Of a stretch of 64,000 nt of DNA, positions 12,752-26,733 are shown piece by piece. Position 1 is the stretch's first letter; each line of letters starts with the position of its first letter. The notes below the pieces were generated by a model. It saw nothing but the letters and a program-made list of their open reading frames with translations. It did no database searches and was not told where the DNA came from. The translations under genes were made by a program, and so were the position numbers. This stretch comes from Auanema rhodensis (taxonomy: Eukaryota > Animalia > Nematoda). The stretch spans positions 14,446,001 through 14,510,000 of the forward strand of contig OZ059899.1 of NCBI GenBank assembly GCA_964057225.1, written 5' to 3'.

Positions 12752-15308
12752 ATGTCTTGGCTTTTTCAATCAAAAGTAAGTTCCTACTTCTCATCTTATT
12801 ATCATTTTTATGAAGAAATGTTGTCATTGAAGTTGTTAACTTATGCTGTTTCAGGTTGCTAAATCACATTTCTATGTATGGTATCTTGGATCAAAAGAAG
12901 CAGATGGAGTTCGCGGTTCAGCTGTAGGTTTTTTTTGTCGTTTTCTCTTATTTTTCCAAATATTTTTCAAATTATGAGAAGGTGGGAAAATGAAAAATCA
13001 TTCATATGATATTTGCTCAACGATGGACATTAGGAGTTGAATTGACAGGGAAAGATCGAGATGTTTGCTTGTAGACTGTCAAATCTGATTCTGATTCTCA
13101 TCTAACCTTTCCATCAGCCTCTTCTCTTTCACTGCCTATTTTCAAATTTTGCACCTCTTTCAAAACTCTAAAATCAAAATTTGAAAAGGATTGACATGAC
13201 AATAATATGAAAATAGAGGAAAGATAACTCCATTGAAATTTGTTCAAATTGAACAATCTTATGATGTATATTACAGGTTGTTTTACCTGTAATGCGACAA
13301 CTTTTGAAAGAAAGTTTTAAAAAAACACCAAGTAAAGCTACAGTACAGGTTTGTTTCCAGTTCAAAGTTCATATGAAGCTTTATCATAACCCATTTAGAT
13401 ATCAGCTAAAGGTCTCAAACTGATTCAATCAGTTCCTGCAATGTCACGAAGTGGCAAAGTCAAAATGCAATTAGTTAAATTTCAAATAGCAGCCAACTGT
13501 ATAACCTACAGGTTAATTTAAAATTTAAAATATTTTCATAATAGGCTGTGAAAAGCTGTCAATCAAGTTCATATCTATTTCCAAGAAAATTGAAACATAC
13601 ATAGATTTTATGAGATATTTTGAAAAGTTCATGCAAATAACCAGGTATCATGAGGGGCAGTGTTCAGATCTTTAATTTTCCCGACTTCCTACGTGTAGCT
13701 TCACTATTTGAACTGAGAGAACAATTATTATAACTAATACAATTAATTATATTGATTATAATACATAATTCATTTGAGAAATACAATATAAAATTGGCAG
13801 AAAGCTCCAAATTTGGTTGAAAAATCAGTTAGTGATTGTACAATTTGATAAAAATATATTGTTAGGTTCAAAATATTCGTATATAGTTTTGATTTGTATA
13901 TAATTATCTAAACATTTAATATATTAGTTTAATTTTTATTTTGCAGTATAACAGGAAAAGCTCCCTTTGATGATGTTGTTGGAGTCGTCATGCTTGTCTT
14001 GAATCCAGAAATGCAATCACCTATGCATGTGCACTGTTATAGGTATGTCATCTTCTATTGTTAAAACGTTTTGAAACCAAAAAGAAGAATCCTGACAAAT
14101 GAGAAAAGAAATCTACTTTACGCACTTGAGTTACAACCATACTATGCGACTGTTTGGACAAAAATGACGTGACCAACACTTTTCAAGTATTTTCACGCAT
14201 TTTTCACGTGAAATATTAACATATCCTTATTTGTTTCACGTAAAAAGTTAATGTAGCTTAAATATCTGAAGCTAATTGAGTACTGTAGATTTGAATGAGA
14301 AAAACAAAAAATAATTTTAATTTTATAATTGAAATAGTGAAAGATATTCGGGAAAAAAAATGCAAATTTCAGATGTGACAGCTCGGAAACAGCTCAAATC
14401 ATGCATGCCAATATCCAGGTAGATGAGTAACGATGAAAGCAAAAACATAAAAAAAAGTTTTGTTCCAGATTATTCTATCAAAGCCTGAAGTTCAAAGATC
14501 TATTGTTGATTTAGAGCATCGATTATTCTTATCCGGTCTATTAGTTCCTAGATTGTATGATGCAACCTAACAGCTCTCATTAAGCACATATGACATATTC
14601 TTATCTTAGGTCTACAAGTACAAGAGATTTATCAGTATCATCACGAACATTAGCTCAGAGTACTGCTCCAACTGGTCGTATGAGCGCCTCTCATACATTG
14701 GAGCGTCGACCCCGTTCATCTCGTGAGCCGGACATTGAGTTGGAAATGAACCGTCGAACTCGAAAACGAGAGGACAGCTCTATACCAGCAACAATGTCGT
14801 CGCGTCGACTGGTAGATGAGCTCAAAAGCAAATTGACATCAGCTCCAGATCCATCATCCAGAAATAGTTTTGAGGTATGTAATGTTGCATGATTAGCATG
14901 GCTTTCACATACACGTTACATGCTTACAGTCCCTACACGGAACACTCACACGGCCACTGACTTCCGAATCTCGTGTTCGCGATAGTCGACAGCCATCCAA
15001 ACTTCGGTTATTCGGAGACACATTGGTTAGAGACCACAAAAGTCGTAGTCTAGATAATCTAACTGGATGTTCATTAGTATCAACGTGAGTCACTCCTTCC
15101 ATTTGACCATAAACACTTATTTTGCGCTCAAGCAGTTTAAGCAAATCAAAGTTTCAACTACTGTTTTAGAAATTTACGTGGGTCGTCACCTCCGCTATTT
15201 CCACGAACAGGATTGACTGATCCATTTGGACAATCGTATGAACGTATGAATACATTAGAAGGATTTTGGAAAGGACCTCGTGGAAGTAGCATTCACCTTC
15301 ATAGTTGA
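12752..15308 (+). CDS. PTB/PID-like domain protein with Ser/Arg-rich disordered tail
   Basis: Exons 12752-12775, 12855-12923, 13277-13348, 13399-13511, 13947-14042, 14373-14418, 14469-14554, 14610-14874, 14930-15084 and 15170-15308 join in frame. The pattern FYVWYLGSKE...ATVQISAKGLKL...HVHCYRCDSSETAQIMHANIQ is PTB-like. Confidence 0.8.
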
Positions 15309-16656
15309 TGGTCTTTCATCTATCACCAGCTCCCTCTTCTCCTTTCTCTTTCTCTTTATCTCTCTCTTTTTCTCTCTCCTTCTAACATTCTTTCTCTCTT
15401 TCTCTCTCTCTCTTTCCCTCTCTCTCTCTCTTTGAATTGTAAAACAGATACCATTTTTCACTTTAAATGTCTACATACTGACAGCAATCTCAATCATATC
15501 TCAATGTATATTGTAGAAAAACAGTTATTTATGTATATTGGAATAACTTTTTTGTTGAAATTCTTCCAGAGCTTTTCCAAACAAAAAAAAACAAAAATTT
15601 GTTATTTGTGAGTCTTTGAAGACGTAAAAAGATTTTATTTTCCATTGTGAAATTAATGTTTCTTCATGTTTTTTTTTCAAATTGTTAATATATTTTTAAT
15701 AATTATTACAAAAATTTATGAAAAAAATAAAATGTTCAAATGTTTCAACTCAACGCATTCCAGGAATTAGCTGTTAAGCTTGAAAATGAAGCTGTTTCGA
15801 TGAGTCTCCTTAGTCGTAGTTAGTCCCTAGTTTCATCTTTACCTTTTACATGATACTTCTCTCTTACTCTTTGATGTAGATTCTCCTTCTTCTATTTTCT
15901 TCATCCTCGTGACTCTGAATCTCTAATCCCTTACATCTGATGATCTATATACAACCAACCACACCTCTCAACTTTTCTTTCAAATGTATTCATATATTCC
16001 GAAAAAAAAGCATGACGTGAAGCAATAGCAGAAGTAGAAACAAAATTGGAAAATTCATTTAAGATAAAAGAACAAAAAAATTTGAATAATTTAAAAGAAA
16101 AACAAAAAATTATTTTATTGTCTTGGCAACCTCATCAACTAATTCTTCAACTCTTTTGGTTTATAATATTTCTAAATAAAGGAAGTAAACATAAGGATAA
16201 AGAGAAGCTTAATAAATAATTTTAAAGAATATGATGAGTAAATAGATGAAAGAAGAGACATTTTCTAACAATCACCTTTAAACTATGTTTTCTGTTTCTA
16301 TCTTAAACATTTCTTTTTAACCTTTTTCCTTAAATTTTCATTTAAAATGAAAGAAACTTCAAAGTAAAAAGTAAATGGTTGAGAGGCAGATGAATAGATT
16401 TCATAATTCGTCTTCATATCATTCAAAGAAAAACAGATTCTTCCACTTTCTTCTGGAAAACATTTTTGAAAATTATGAACATCTGAGAATGAGCAGGACA
16501 GGGCATAATTCATAGAAGAACAAAGAGATCATGTGGGCGAAGACAGAAGAGATTGAAGTTTAATGCCAACACTTCTGTAGAAAATCAAAAAAGGTCGAAG
16601 ATTTTGGAAGAAGCAGCTACAAAACAGAATGTTTTCATGAATTTCTTACAGATCTT

Positions 16657-17261
16657 TCATGTATTATCTACGATCATGTATTTGGATTTGTCTAGCGGCT
16701 TTGCAAATTTTTTTTCATTCACCAATTTCTCCTTATGCTTCCGTTCATCGATGAGCTTCTTTAGAATTCGATTCTGATCATGCATCTCATCATCTTGTCT
16801 GAAACGAGAAAGAACTTCATAATTATACTTAATGCACAAAGCTTCTGCTAAGATTTCGAATTCAAAGCTTAGTGTCTATATGTGTCTCACTCTGTGGTTG
16901 CTGAATTAGCCGGAAGTTGAGCTTTAAGTAATAAAGCCGATTTCTCTTTGATTTCTATTTTATTATCGTCCAATTGGCTAACAATCCCATGTAATGTGGA
17001 TGAAAAATCATTGAATCTATAAGCTAAAAGTTGCTTTCACTTGTTTTATATAGAATTTATAGCTTCATATGTGAGTTATTGCTACACACACACAGAATCT
17101 ATTGAAAGCTTAATAAGCTCGACATACTTGTTCAGAAGTTGCGCATACTGCGAGATCTGCTGATCCAACTCACGCTCCTCGTCACATAACTTTGATAACT
17201 GTTCCCGATATGCTTCAAATCGTTCTCGTCTTGCGGAAAGTTTTTCCATTATTTCGTCCAT
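16657..17261 (-). CDS. Small coiled-coil protein of unknown function (~130 aa)
   Basis: Three frame-compatible exons (~17128-17261, ~16891-17016, 16657-16798) with GT/AG ends give MDEIMEKLSARRERFEAYREQLSKLCDEERELDQQISQYAQLLNKFND...QNRILKKLIDERKHKEKL. Both ends are uncertain. Confidence 0.55.
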
Positions 17262-19207
17262 CAGGTTGCTCAGGTTGCTATCTCTGTTGAGAAAATAAAG
17301 ATGTCGGTAACTTCAGAGCATTAAGTTAATCAAGTTCCCTTTTGAATATAAGAATTTGAATGAATTGTTTAAGCTACATGATGAACACACCGAGTCGACA
17401 AAAAGCGGAAGATGATTGATCATCAGAATAGTAATGTGAATTGAGGTGTAAAATACATTTAATAATCAAATAAAATTGGAAAAAATGAACTAAAATATTT
17501 ATATAAATTATGGTTGAATAAGCATATTTAGAAAACAGAAATATTTTATATTATTTAATTTCTAAATTCTGCATAAACTGTGTTCCAATGCTTTTCATGA
17601 TAAAATCCCTTAAGTTACCTCTTTCTCTATTCGCACCCTCTTATTCTCTCTCTCTCTCTCATTCTCTCCCTCTCTCTCTCTATATATCTCTATCTCTCTT
17701 ATTTCATTCATATTCAAAACTTTTTTTTCTTTTTTCTTTCTTTTTTTTTGAAATTAACAATCAGAGTTCATCCATCAACAGTCCAATCATGCTACTGCCA
17801 AAGGTCTTTCTTTCATTCATTTGTAAAATTTTGTATTTCCCGTCTCTCATGTGAGAAATCAGACCAAAAACTGATTTTATAAAATAAATGTTTCTATTCA
17901 AGATTAATGAATATAAAATCTTAGAGGAGAGATAGAAAGAAAAGAAAAGATGAAAAGAGAGAAAGTGAGATGAAGGGAGAGACCGAAAGATGTGGAGAGT
18001 GAGAGAGTGAGAAAGATTGAAAGGTAATAAGGGTAACACAAGTGTACAAACAAGTAAAACACAAGAAAAGGTTAAGACAAGTATAACCTGAGATTCAGTA
18101 TGTCATTCTGGCCCCCAGGGGAATATCTAGGACAGCAAAATCGATGCTACATCTCTTCTTAAGGTGGTGCAATTGAAGTATGCAATAGCTATGTCGAGTC
18201 CAGATTCTGTCCAGTTGGGCACATATACATGTGTACAGCTTCATGCTTCATTGAATTATAGTGAAAGAATAAAACAGAAAACTAAGATTGTTAAGGGCTA
18301 TCTATTGATAAACAAAGTAAATCAATAATGTATTTTGATATCCAAAAATGTATATCGTCAGTGACACGTTATACTCTATAGCTCTTTACCAATATTATGA
18401 GATTCTGAATAAGAAGTTATACTTCTAATACCTTCAGCTGAGGTACACATGATGGTATCGTCAGGCTTTGAGTAAAGCTTATAACCTAACTAGGCTGATA
18501 ATACAGTTTAGATGGATGCAACATCTTATAAGCATTTCTCATGTGTATGAAATTTTCTTTTTTCTTTTCTTTATTTTTTGAAAATTGAAGAATATAATTG
18601 ACAGAGAAAACATTTGAATAACACGAGAATTATTTATTACTTTCTGTTCTGTAATGCTCACAGTATTCAGACAGAGATTACACGAAAAAAATAAAAATAA
18701 ACATGAAGATCATGCTCTTAAATTCTCTAACGCTTATTAGAGAAAGAAAGAAAGGGAGAGAGAGAGAGGGCGAGAGAAATAGAGAGAGAGAGAGAGAGAG
18801 AGAGAATCTTATTCATAAAGAATAAGATGAAACATCTAAATACTGTTTTAATTCTGATTTCTTTCTCACTGATTAGAGTGGTTAGAAGATTGAACAAGTA
18901 GTTGGTACAGAGCATACAACATACAATCGAGATAAGATGTATTGGAACATGAACAAGGTAATCAAGCTTAAAAGAAACATTACTATTTATAGATAGTGAT
19001 ACTAAGGCATATGAGTATAGATAGAGAGAGGGGGGGAGGGAGAGACAATGCACAGATGATGGTTGATGAATAGTTAGTAAAATGAATAGTAGCGCTTATA
19101 TCTTTGTAAGCTTAATCAACATGTTAATTGACAATTTGAAAAAGAAATAAAGATGATGTTGTAAGCAAGTAGATGATACTGGTTAACTGAATTGCAATCC
19201 GTTCAAC

Positions 19208-20984
19208 TTATTTTCTTCCTGCCCAAGCATAGAACTGTTTCCGCTTTTCCATGTTATCAGCACTTCTCTTACCAGCCCAAGCATAGAATCTGCAAAAAAA
19301 ATTCGCATAAGATTAGAACAAATTTGTTTTTAATAAGCATTAATTTGAAATATCATGAGCTTTACGCTGTAAGCATCTTAGCGAGCTTAAGTTTTATCTA
19401 TTTTTGTCAGGATGTTAACATGATATAGTGACAAACTGAATGATGAAGCCATCATTAATTCAGTTGATTTGTGTGTTTTTGAATCGAAAAAACTTATTTT
19501 TCACATTCTAAAATCTCATAAATTTTATTTTATTTTATTTTGAAATCTATTATTATGTAGCTTAAAGTATTATTCGTCACGAAAGGTTTTGTTTCAATTC
19601 CTAACATCCTAATCATAGGTTAAGGAAAGACACTTTCGGAGGTAAACTGATTCTAACATAGAGAGAGAGAGGGAGAGAGAGAGAGGATTTAAAGAATGAG
19701 TGGATGTATCATGCTGAAAAGTAGTCCTTTAACTGTCATTCCTTCAAAAAACGTTAAAGAAAAGACAATAAAGGGTTGAGCAAAGCCATTTCAATTCATG
19801 TTTCTCACTATATCTTAACTAATATTTCCTGTTTTTTTTTGATTTCATCAATGAAAAATAAGAATTTCGTTGGATACACCATCCAAATTATTCAAGATAT
19901 GGCACTATATCGAGTGATTTGAGAAAGAGAGAGGGAAGGGAGAGAAGGGGGAGGTATGAGAGAAGGGAAGATAGAGGGGAGTAAACAAAGGAATTTCTTT
20001 GTTTTTGAATATAAGAATTAAGAAAAGTTAAATGGATATATATTATATAAATAATGTAAATATATTTATATTTATATATACTATACTTACTGTTTTCTCT
20101 TATCGACTATCGGCTTGTACTCTGATATAGTACCATCTGACCGCTTTCCATCTTCCCAAGCATAAAAGCGTTTTGCCTAAAAAGAAATAAAATCAAAACC
20201 AAAGTCTTCTGTTTGTTGAAAATTATTTTTTCCGGAACTTTTCAAGTTCTATACACACACACACACACATATATATGGATGTGTAGGTGCGAGCTGTATT
20301 CTCACAAGTTGTGGAAATGACACAGCGAGGGAGGAAGAGAACAGAGCGAATGAGGGGGGGGGGGAGGACATTGAATTGCAGAACGAAAAAAAAAGAATTT
20401 TTCTGATTCAAATGAGAGTCAGTAAAGTATAATCTGACGTAATTCATATAGAATTCATGTAATTTCAGTTTTCTCGTATTCGAAGTTTTTGATCATTATA
20501 CTTGAGTTTATTGGATGATTGACATCAAATGTATGAAAGTGTTCACTAAAGATTGGTCAGCTCTCACCTTTGGCCTGGAATACGAATATGCTGAGAATCA
20601 ACTATTCATGAAAGAAATTATGAGATTTTACTCCAAATATACATATACTAATACATATGATCAAGTTTTAATAAGTTTGAAATGGCGTAAGTAAGTTTAC
20701 TAAACTTTCATTGTTTTAATACGAATGAAACGGCATATGATGTTACAAGGGCAATGAAGAAGCTAGATGAGTTCATACTGTAGCATAGTTAAAGCTTTGG
20801 CTTTACTCTATGAAGTTCCGAATATTCGTTATAGTTAAGTGTAAATGAATGAAAAAAACATAAAACTTACGGGTATATCTTGATACAGATCCTGTTCACC
20901 ATTTCCAAATACAAGATGTTGATGTGTCTGATGAAGAACGGTGCATAGGATTAAGAGAACAGCGCACATCTGAGGTTGACGCAT
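19208..20984 (-). CDS. nlp-43: Leucokinin-like neuropeptide precursor (93 aa)
   Basis: Exons 20871-20984, 20091-20176 and 19208-19289 give a signal peptide MRQPQMCAVLLILCTVL..., then KR-FYAWEDG-KR, KR-KQFYAWAG-KR and KR-KQFYAWAG-RK*. KQFYAWAamide is the NLP-43 peptide. The ORF track misses this gene. Confidence 0.93.
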
Positions 20985-21798
20985 GGCTTCGTTTTTGATT
21001 TTGATGTCGTCGGCTTCGTGTGGGAGACTCTTCTTCCAAAAATGGTCGATAGATCTGCTGTTCTAGAACAGGCCCTCCTTCTTCTAGTTACTCCACCTCA
21101 TTTTCAGCCCCGCCCAATTTTTTTTTAGCAAATTTTCGTTTTTTTCTCTAATTCTCTCACATAATGCTTTATGTTTCAATGAAATTCAGATGGAAAAGCT
21201 TCGTTATTGGTTCGCCACGCCTACCCATAATTTCGTTTTCAATCGTGTAACTCTTAGAGGACATATGAAATAGAATATTTAATGTTAACAGAAATACTTT
21301 ACTCAGTATCATCCTCATCATGTTAAAAACTTTAAGAATCAAATTATTTAATTTTCTAATGAAATACGTCTCGAAACGAAGATAAATGTTTCATTTTAAG
21401 ATTAACAGATATATGAATCGGTTGTATTTGTAACTTCTTATCATTCTCAGTAGAATAATAGAAGCTTATATTGAGGTAGTTGGATTGAGTAACTAGAATA
21501 TATGTGTGTAAGCATCTGTATAACCTCTTCTAAAACTTTTTTTGAATTAGTTTTATTCTTGAATCTAATAATAACCTCCTACTTTTCAAAATTCTCTATA
21601 TATTCTCTTTATGAAAACTTTCTCATTTATGTTCTTTCTTGTAGTAATATTTTATCCAAATTCTAATCAAGTTTAATCATTTTTCATAAACAATATCAAG
21701 AATTTCAAAATAAAAACTATAAGAGGTGACTAATACAGTTAAAAAGGTTATTATGTTTTGCCCGTCTTCAATTCCGAACTTCTTGAATGATTGACGGA

Positions 21799-22467
21799 TT
21801 ACTGATTCTTATAACTTCGGAGCAACAGAGCAACGTAAGAGATGAATCGGATAACCAATATCATAGCGATCAGCACAATAACATCAGGCCATTTGTTGGC
21901 TGGGTTGAAGTCAATCTGAAAATGAAATCAAAGTATTTATTCTCTTCTTCTGCCTTCTTTGGCGTTTCTTTTGAGTTTGGTCAGCATTCATTCAGTCAAT
22001 CCCTTTACTCTTTTACTTTTCAAGTTCTCTCAGCATTCATACACACGTTATCTCTCTCTCTCTCTCCGTCTCTCTCTCTCTATCTCTCTCTTTCTATCTC
22101 TCTTTATACATATCTCAACCTTTAATTTCTATTCTACTCGCATTTACCATTTCTATAAACTGTGTATGTTTTCATAATTCAAAAAACTTTTTTTTTCTGT
22201 AGAATATTTACAACAATTACTTAGCATTATGAATTAGAAAATGCAATGTGTTGAGCCGTAGTTTTTGTGACAAAGGAAAATAAAAAAAATAAAATTGAAC
22301 AGACGTACCTGCTTTAATACTTCAGCTCCAGTAGTTGGACAGTCGTTGAATGTTTTAGTAGCATTCATACAACCTTAAATAACAACATCAAAATTCCAAA
22401 AAAAAATGAGAAAGAGAATAAGAAGAAGAAGATAAAGGAAAGAGGGGGGAAGATAAAGAAAGATATT

Positions 22468-22524
<57 letters not shown>

Positions 22525-25500
22525 GAGGGAGGTGGCGGCATTCAATTTTTGTTCTGCACAGAAACGATGAACTATGCTCTCAAGATAGTGCCAAAGACGA
22601 TCAAATTTTGAGAAATATTTTAAAAAATGAATATTTAGATTGTTTTGTAATGGCTCTTTAGGAAAAAATAAGGAAAAGGAGTAACTAGATGACTAACCTT
22701 CAATTATATCAATGTTCTCCCATTCATTAATAGCTAATGCTTCATAACCATATCTGGAAATATTCAAATATTTTTCGTTTATTTTTTTTTTGAAATTGTT
22801 GTTGAAAAATATATTTTCCTTTGGATCACAAAAGTCTTTCCTTCGTTTCTTTTTCCTTCTTCATATATTTAAGTTCAAGTTTTAGGATTTAGATTTGGGG
22901 GGGGGGGGGGGGGTTGAAAATGTTCTCTTTTCAAGAAAATTATAAAGATATTTAATTCTAACTTGAAATATGATAAGGCTGATAACCAAGTGAAATATGG
23001 TGGAATAGATTCAAAGGTAATGAAAAATCCTCCAAATGCCATAATCGGAACAACAAAGATCGGTAGTACTGTCATTGCTATAGCTGTATCTCCAAATATT
23101 GTGGCTACAGAATATGCTGTAATGTAATAAAGTTGTATGAACACGCTTGATTATTGTTTTGAATAAACATAGACATAGTAATATGTCTTTTTTCAAAAAT
23201 GTAAATATTAGTCTTAAAAAGACATTCAAAATAAGCAAAATATAACAGCCTAATGAGGTTGGGAGGATCGAGGGAACAAACTTACAGATAGAGATGGCTA
23301 CATTGGTGATGAGAACAGCAACTAATGATGAGAAGATGAAGCTTGAGAGACTAGGATATAATCCTGAAAATGGTGTTTATTTGATTTTTTTAAGAAAAAA
23401 AAGCGAAAAACTAAAACATAACAACTCTCTCTCTCCTTTTCTTTCTTAATCTCTCTCGGTTTAACACAGACACCTCTCAATTCTTTCCTAGATCTTTCAA
23501 CAAGCTTAAAACTAACCAGACATCCAATACACAATAGCATTATAAATTATTGGCAAAATAATATACTGAGGAAGCTGAAAATACATGGATTAAAGTTTCA
23601 ACTAAACCTAAAAGTAAGCAGTGTTGCCGTTTACCTCAGCAACATTTTTGGCTAAGAAATAGGCACTTGTACGATAAACTCCGTTTGCATTTTCTCGTAA
23701 AACTATAGGCAATTCAGCAGTAATAACCTGAAGTAAGCCGATATTGAGAGAAAATGTTGCTGATAACCATCACTTACAGGCACATTCGGAAATTGTAACA
23801 AGAAATTGATGTTACGGATGTGATTGAACATGATACCATTGATTGAAATGATCGTCTCTGGAGTGATTTTCGTATCAAAATATACAAACCCAGTAATTAG
23901 AGCAGTAACCTATAAGTACAATATAATAATTATAATATGAATTTTATTTTGAAACGTACAACTATCTGAATTAGGCGAGCTTTCAAGAGGATTGGATCAC
24001 GAATTACAGTAACCCAAGCACGCCATGATAATGCTAGAAATTGAGCAAAGAATGTCGATGTATATCTGAAGTGAAATGTGATATGAGCATCTATGAGCAT
24101 TTTTGAATTAAAGTTTTTATACTAACTGTTGGCTGAAAAAGCTTTTATCTGATCCGCTTAAACTATCTTGATAAGTTGATCCTTTTTCAGAGCTTTTAAC
24201 AATATTTTGTATGACTTGCCCGTGCTCACTCTTTATAAAACCATCACGAATTCTCTGAAACATCATTATCCTTAGCCAATATCATCTAAAGCTGCATGTG
24301 TGTCTATGTGTGTGCATTGTGCTAAGCATAGAAATATCTGCTTTGTGGCTACACCTCTTTAGATGGCCATATGTGATAAGCTTACAGCAATTGTTTTCAA
24401 TGAAGTCGTCCTATCCTTATCAATGACAGCTAAGGTACGAATCAGATGATCAGCCGGATTGTAATATGCGGGACAAGGAAAACCACAACTGCAATAGAAT
24501 ATATATCCATAAACAACATCACATATACATTTTCCTTTCTTTTCTTTCTTTTTTCAAAAAAAAAATTGAAGTTAACGAGAAAAACAGTGGATGTGTGCAT
24601 TATTTCGGAGCAAATATTGATGTATGATGTTTATAATAAATTTATATTATTATTAAAATATTATAAATGACATCTTAAACTGCATAATAATTATGTTATA
24701 TAATTTATAATAATAATAATTATTATTATTATTTCAAAAATAAGAATATGTATATTGAAGATAATTTGGTACCTGGCAAATAACTGTGATGCTGACTGTG
24801 TTGGACCCAAATATATATTTCTACCACATGCCATTAAACACACGCTATAAACAATAGTATAATGATGCTTCAAGATGATGATATTGGTTATTTGGTTCCT
24901 TGGCTCGTTACTTAGCTAGTTCATTAGTTAGTTTAAGGAGTTTTCGATGAGAAGAGACAGAAATTCGAAAGTTAAGATGAACGACTTGGATATATAGACA
25001 TGATATAGTTACTTACTTATGGAAAAGTGAAAATACTTGACTGCTTGGCTGATGAATAGTTATGATAACAGTCATTCCAGAATCTGCCAATGATCGTAAA
25101 GCTTGAACAACATGGCCTAAAGAAAAAATATATATTATATCTATATTTATATGAATATAACTCATATAATATATTTTATTATATATATATAGATAGATAT
25201 ATATATTTTTTTTTTTAATTTAACTTCCAAAAATATTTTTTCAAATAGATAGATACTAATGATAAGGAAAACTATTTCTGTATAATCAACCGCTTCTTGT
25301 GCCTGCTAACAAACTAAATGAATCAATGTATGCGTGAAGGCGTTAACGCATCAGTTACGTGAAATTTACGTGAGCAAAAAATGTCTTTTAATATTCTAAT
25401 TTTGCTTGGCTTCCCCTTTGTAATGCAAATTTTCTTTTTTTTGCAAATACATATAATCGATGTGTATTACCGGCCATGAAAGCATCCAATCCTGATGTAG

Positions 25501-26500
25501 GCTCGTCACAGAATAAGATTTTGGGACATGTTAGAATCTTAATTAGCATTTGGTATGAATTTCTTTGGAAAATGATATTGGATGTGTTACCTCTGAAGCA
25601 AATGCCAATCTTTTCATTTCGCCACATGATAGACCTTTGACCGAATTGGGAATTCCGATCATTGTATCAGCACATGGTATTAGGCCCATCTACAATGAAA
25701 ACACCAGAAAGCATTACCTTACTCATTGATTAATCATGATTACCTTCTTAATAACATCTTCAACACGGCAATTACGTTCCCATTTCGTATGCATTGGCCC
25801 CATTCGTAATTTAGCCTATATGTAGTTTGATTATTTCATATAAAATACAAAGATCATACCATAAATTGTAAATGTTCTCGGACAGTTAAAGTTCCAACAA
25901 ACATATCATGTTGTTGTACAAACGCTGACATCTAAATAAGACCATTTAAATATAAATTATATAGTTAATTAGTATAAATATGAATATATAATATTAAATA
26001 TTAATGAATATACTTCTCGAATTGTCCATTTGTTAGCTTTTTGACCATTCAGAAGAACAGAACCTTGAACATCCAAAGCAGCCAGGTTACGTGAAGTTAG
26101 TACATTAAGCAATGTAGTTTTTCCAGCTCCACTACAAACAGTTTTTATATCAATCAGGTAAATAGAAATGAGTATGAGTTCTTTTACCTGCTGCCCATAA
26201 TAGCCAATAGTTTACCGGCTTCAGCAACTCCAGTAACTGAATCAAATAAATAAATAAAATTATTAATAGTTATCATATACCATTACTCAAGATTTGTTTG
26301 ACCTTTTTTGGCTTTGAGGAACTTAAATATTTTTCTTTGAGAGACGTTGGTTTAACCTCAGGACCATTAACATGAAGTTGAGACCATGATAAAGTACATC
26401 TAAACACAAAAAATAACAAAATCTGATGATGAATCAAGTTATTCATATCTCTTTCTACCTTCGCCTTTATGCCTCCCTCACCCTTTCCTCTCTCTCGCCA

Positions 26501-26570
<70 letters not shown>

Positions 26571-26733
26571 CTTTTTCCATCTCTCTCTCAATCACAGTCT
26601 TTTTTAGTTTTAATGAGAATTCTTTTTGAATATGAATGTGTATGAAGTATCACCCTTCAGGAATCACAGGATCCATTTGTAATGAATTTTCCCGCGGCAA
26701 GAGAGGATTCTTATCTGATGCAATAGGAGGCAT
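21799..26733 (-). CDS. wht-1: ABCG/White-family half transporter
   Basis: Walker [12 protein letters not shown], signature [39 protein letters not shown], and a TM region [14 protein letters not shown]...[10 protein letters not shown], ending [11 protein letters not shown] directly follows a TTTTCAG acceptor. Confidence 0.93.
22468..22521. repeat. (AG)n microsatellite
   Basis: AG run in a wht-1 intron. Confidence 0.95.
22897..22913. repeat. G17 homopolymer (potential G-quadruplex)
   Basis: 17 consecutive G in a wht-1 intron. Confidence 0.9.
26503..26570. repeat. Compound (CT)n(CTAT)n microsatellite
   Basis: Directly visible in the first coding intron of wht-1. Confidence 0.95.

Noticed and set aside
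20568-20590. Possible 23-nt microexon in nlp-43 (CTCAG...GTGAG on the minus strand)
   Set aside because: Inclusion would shift the frame, and exon 1 joins exon 2 directly in phase 0.
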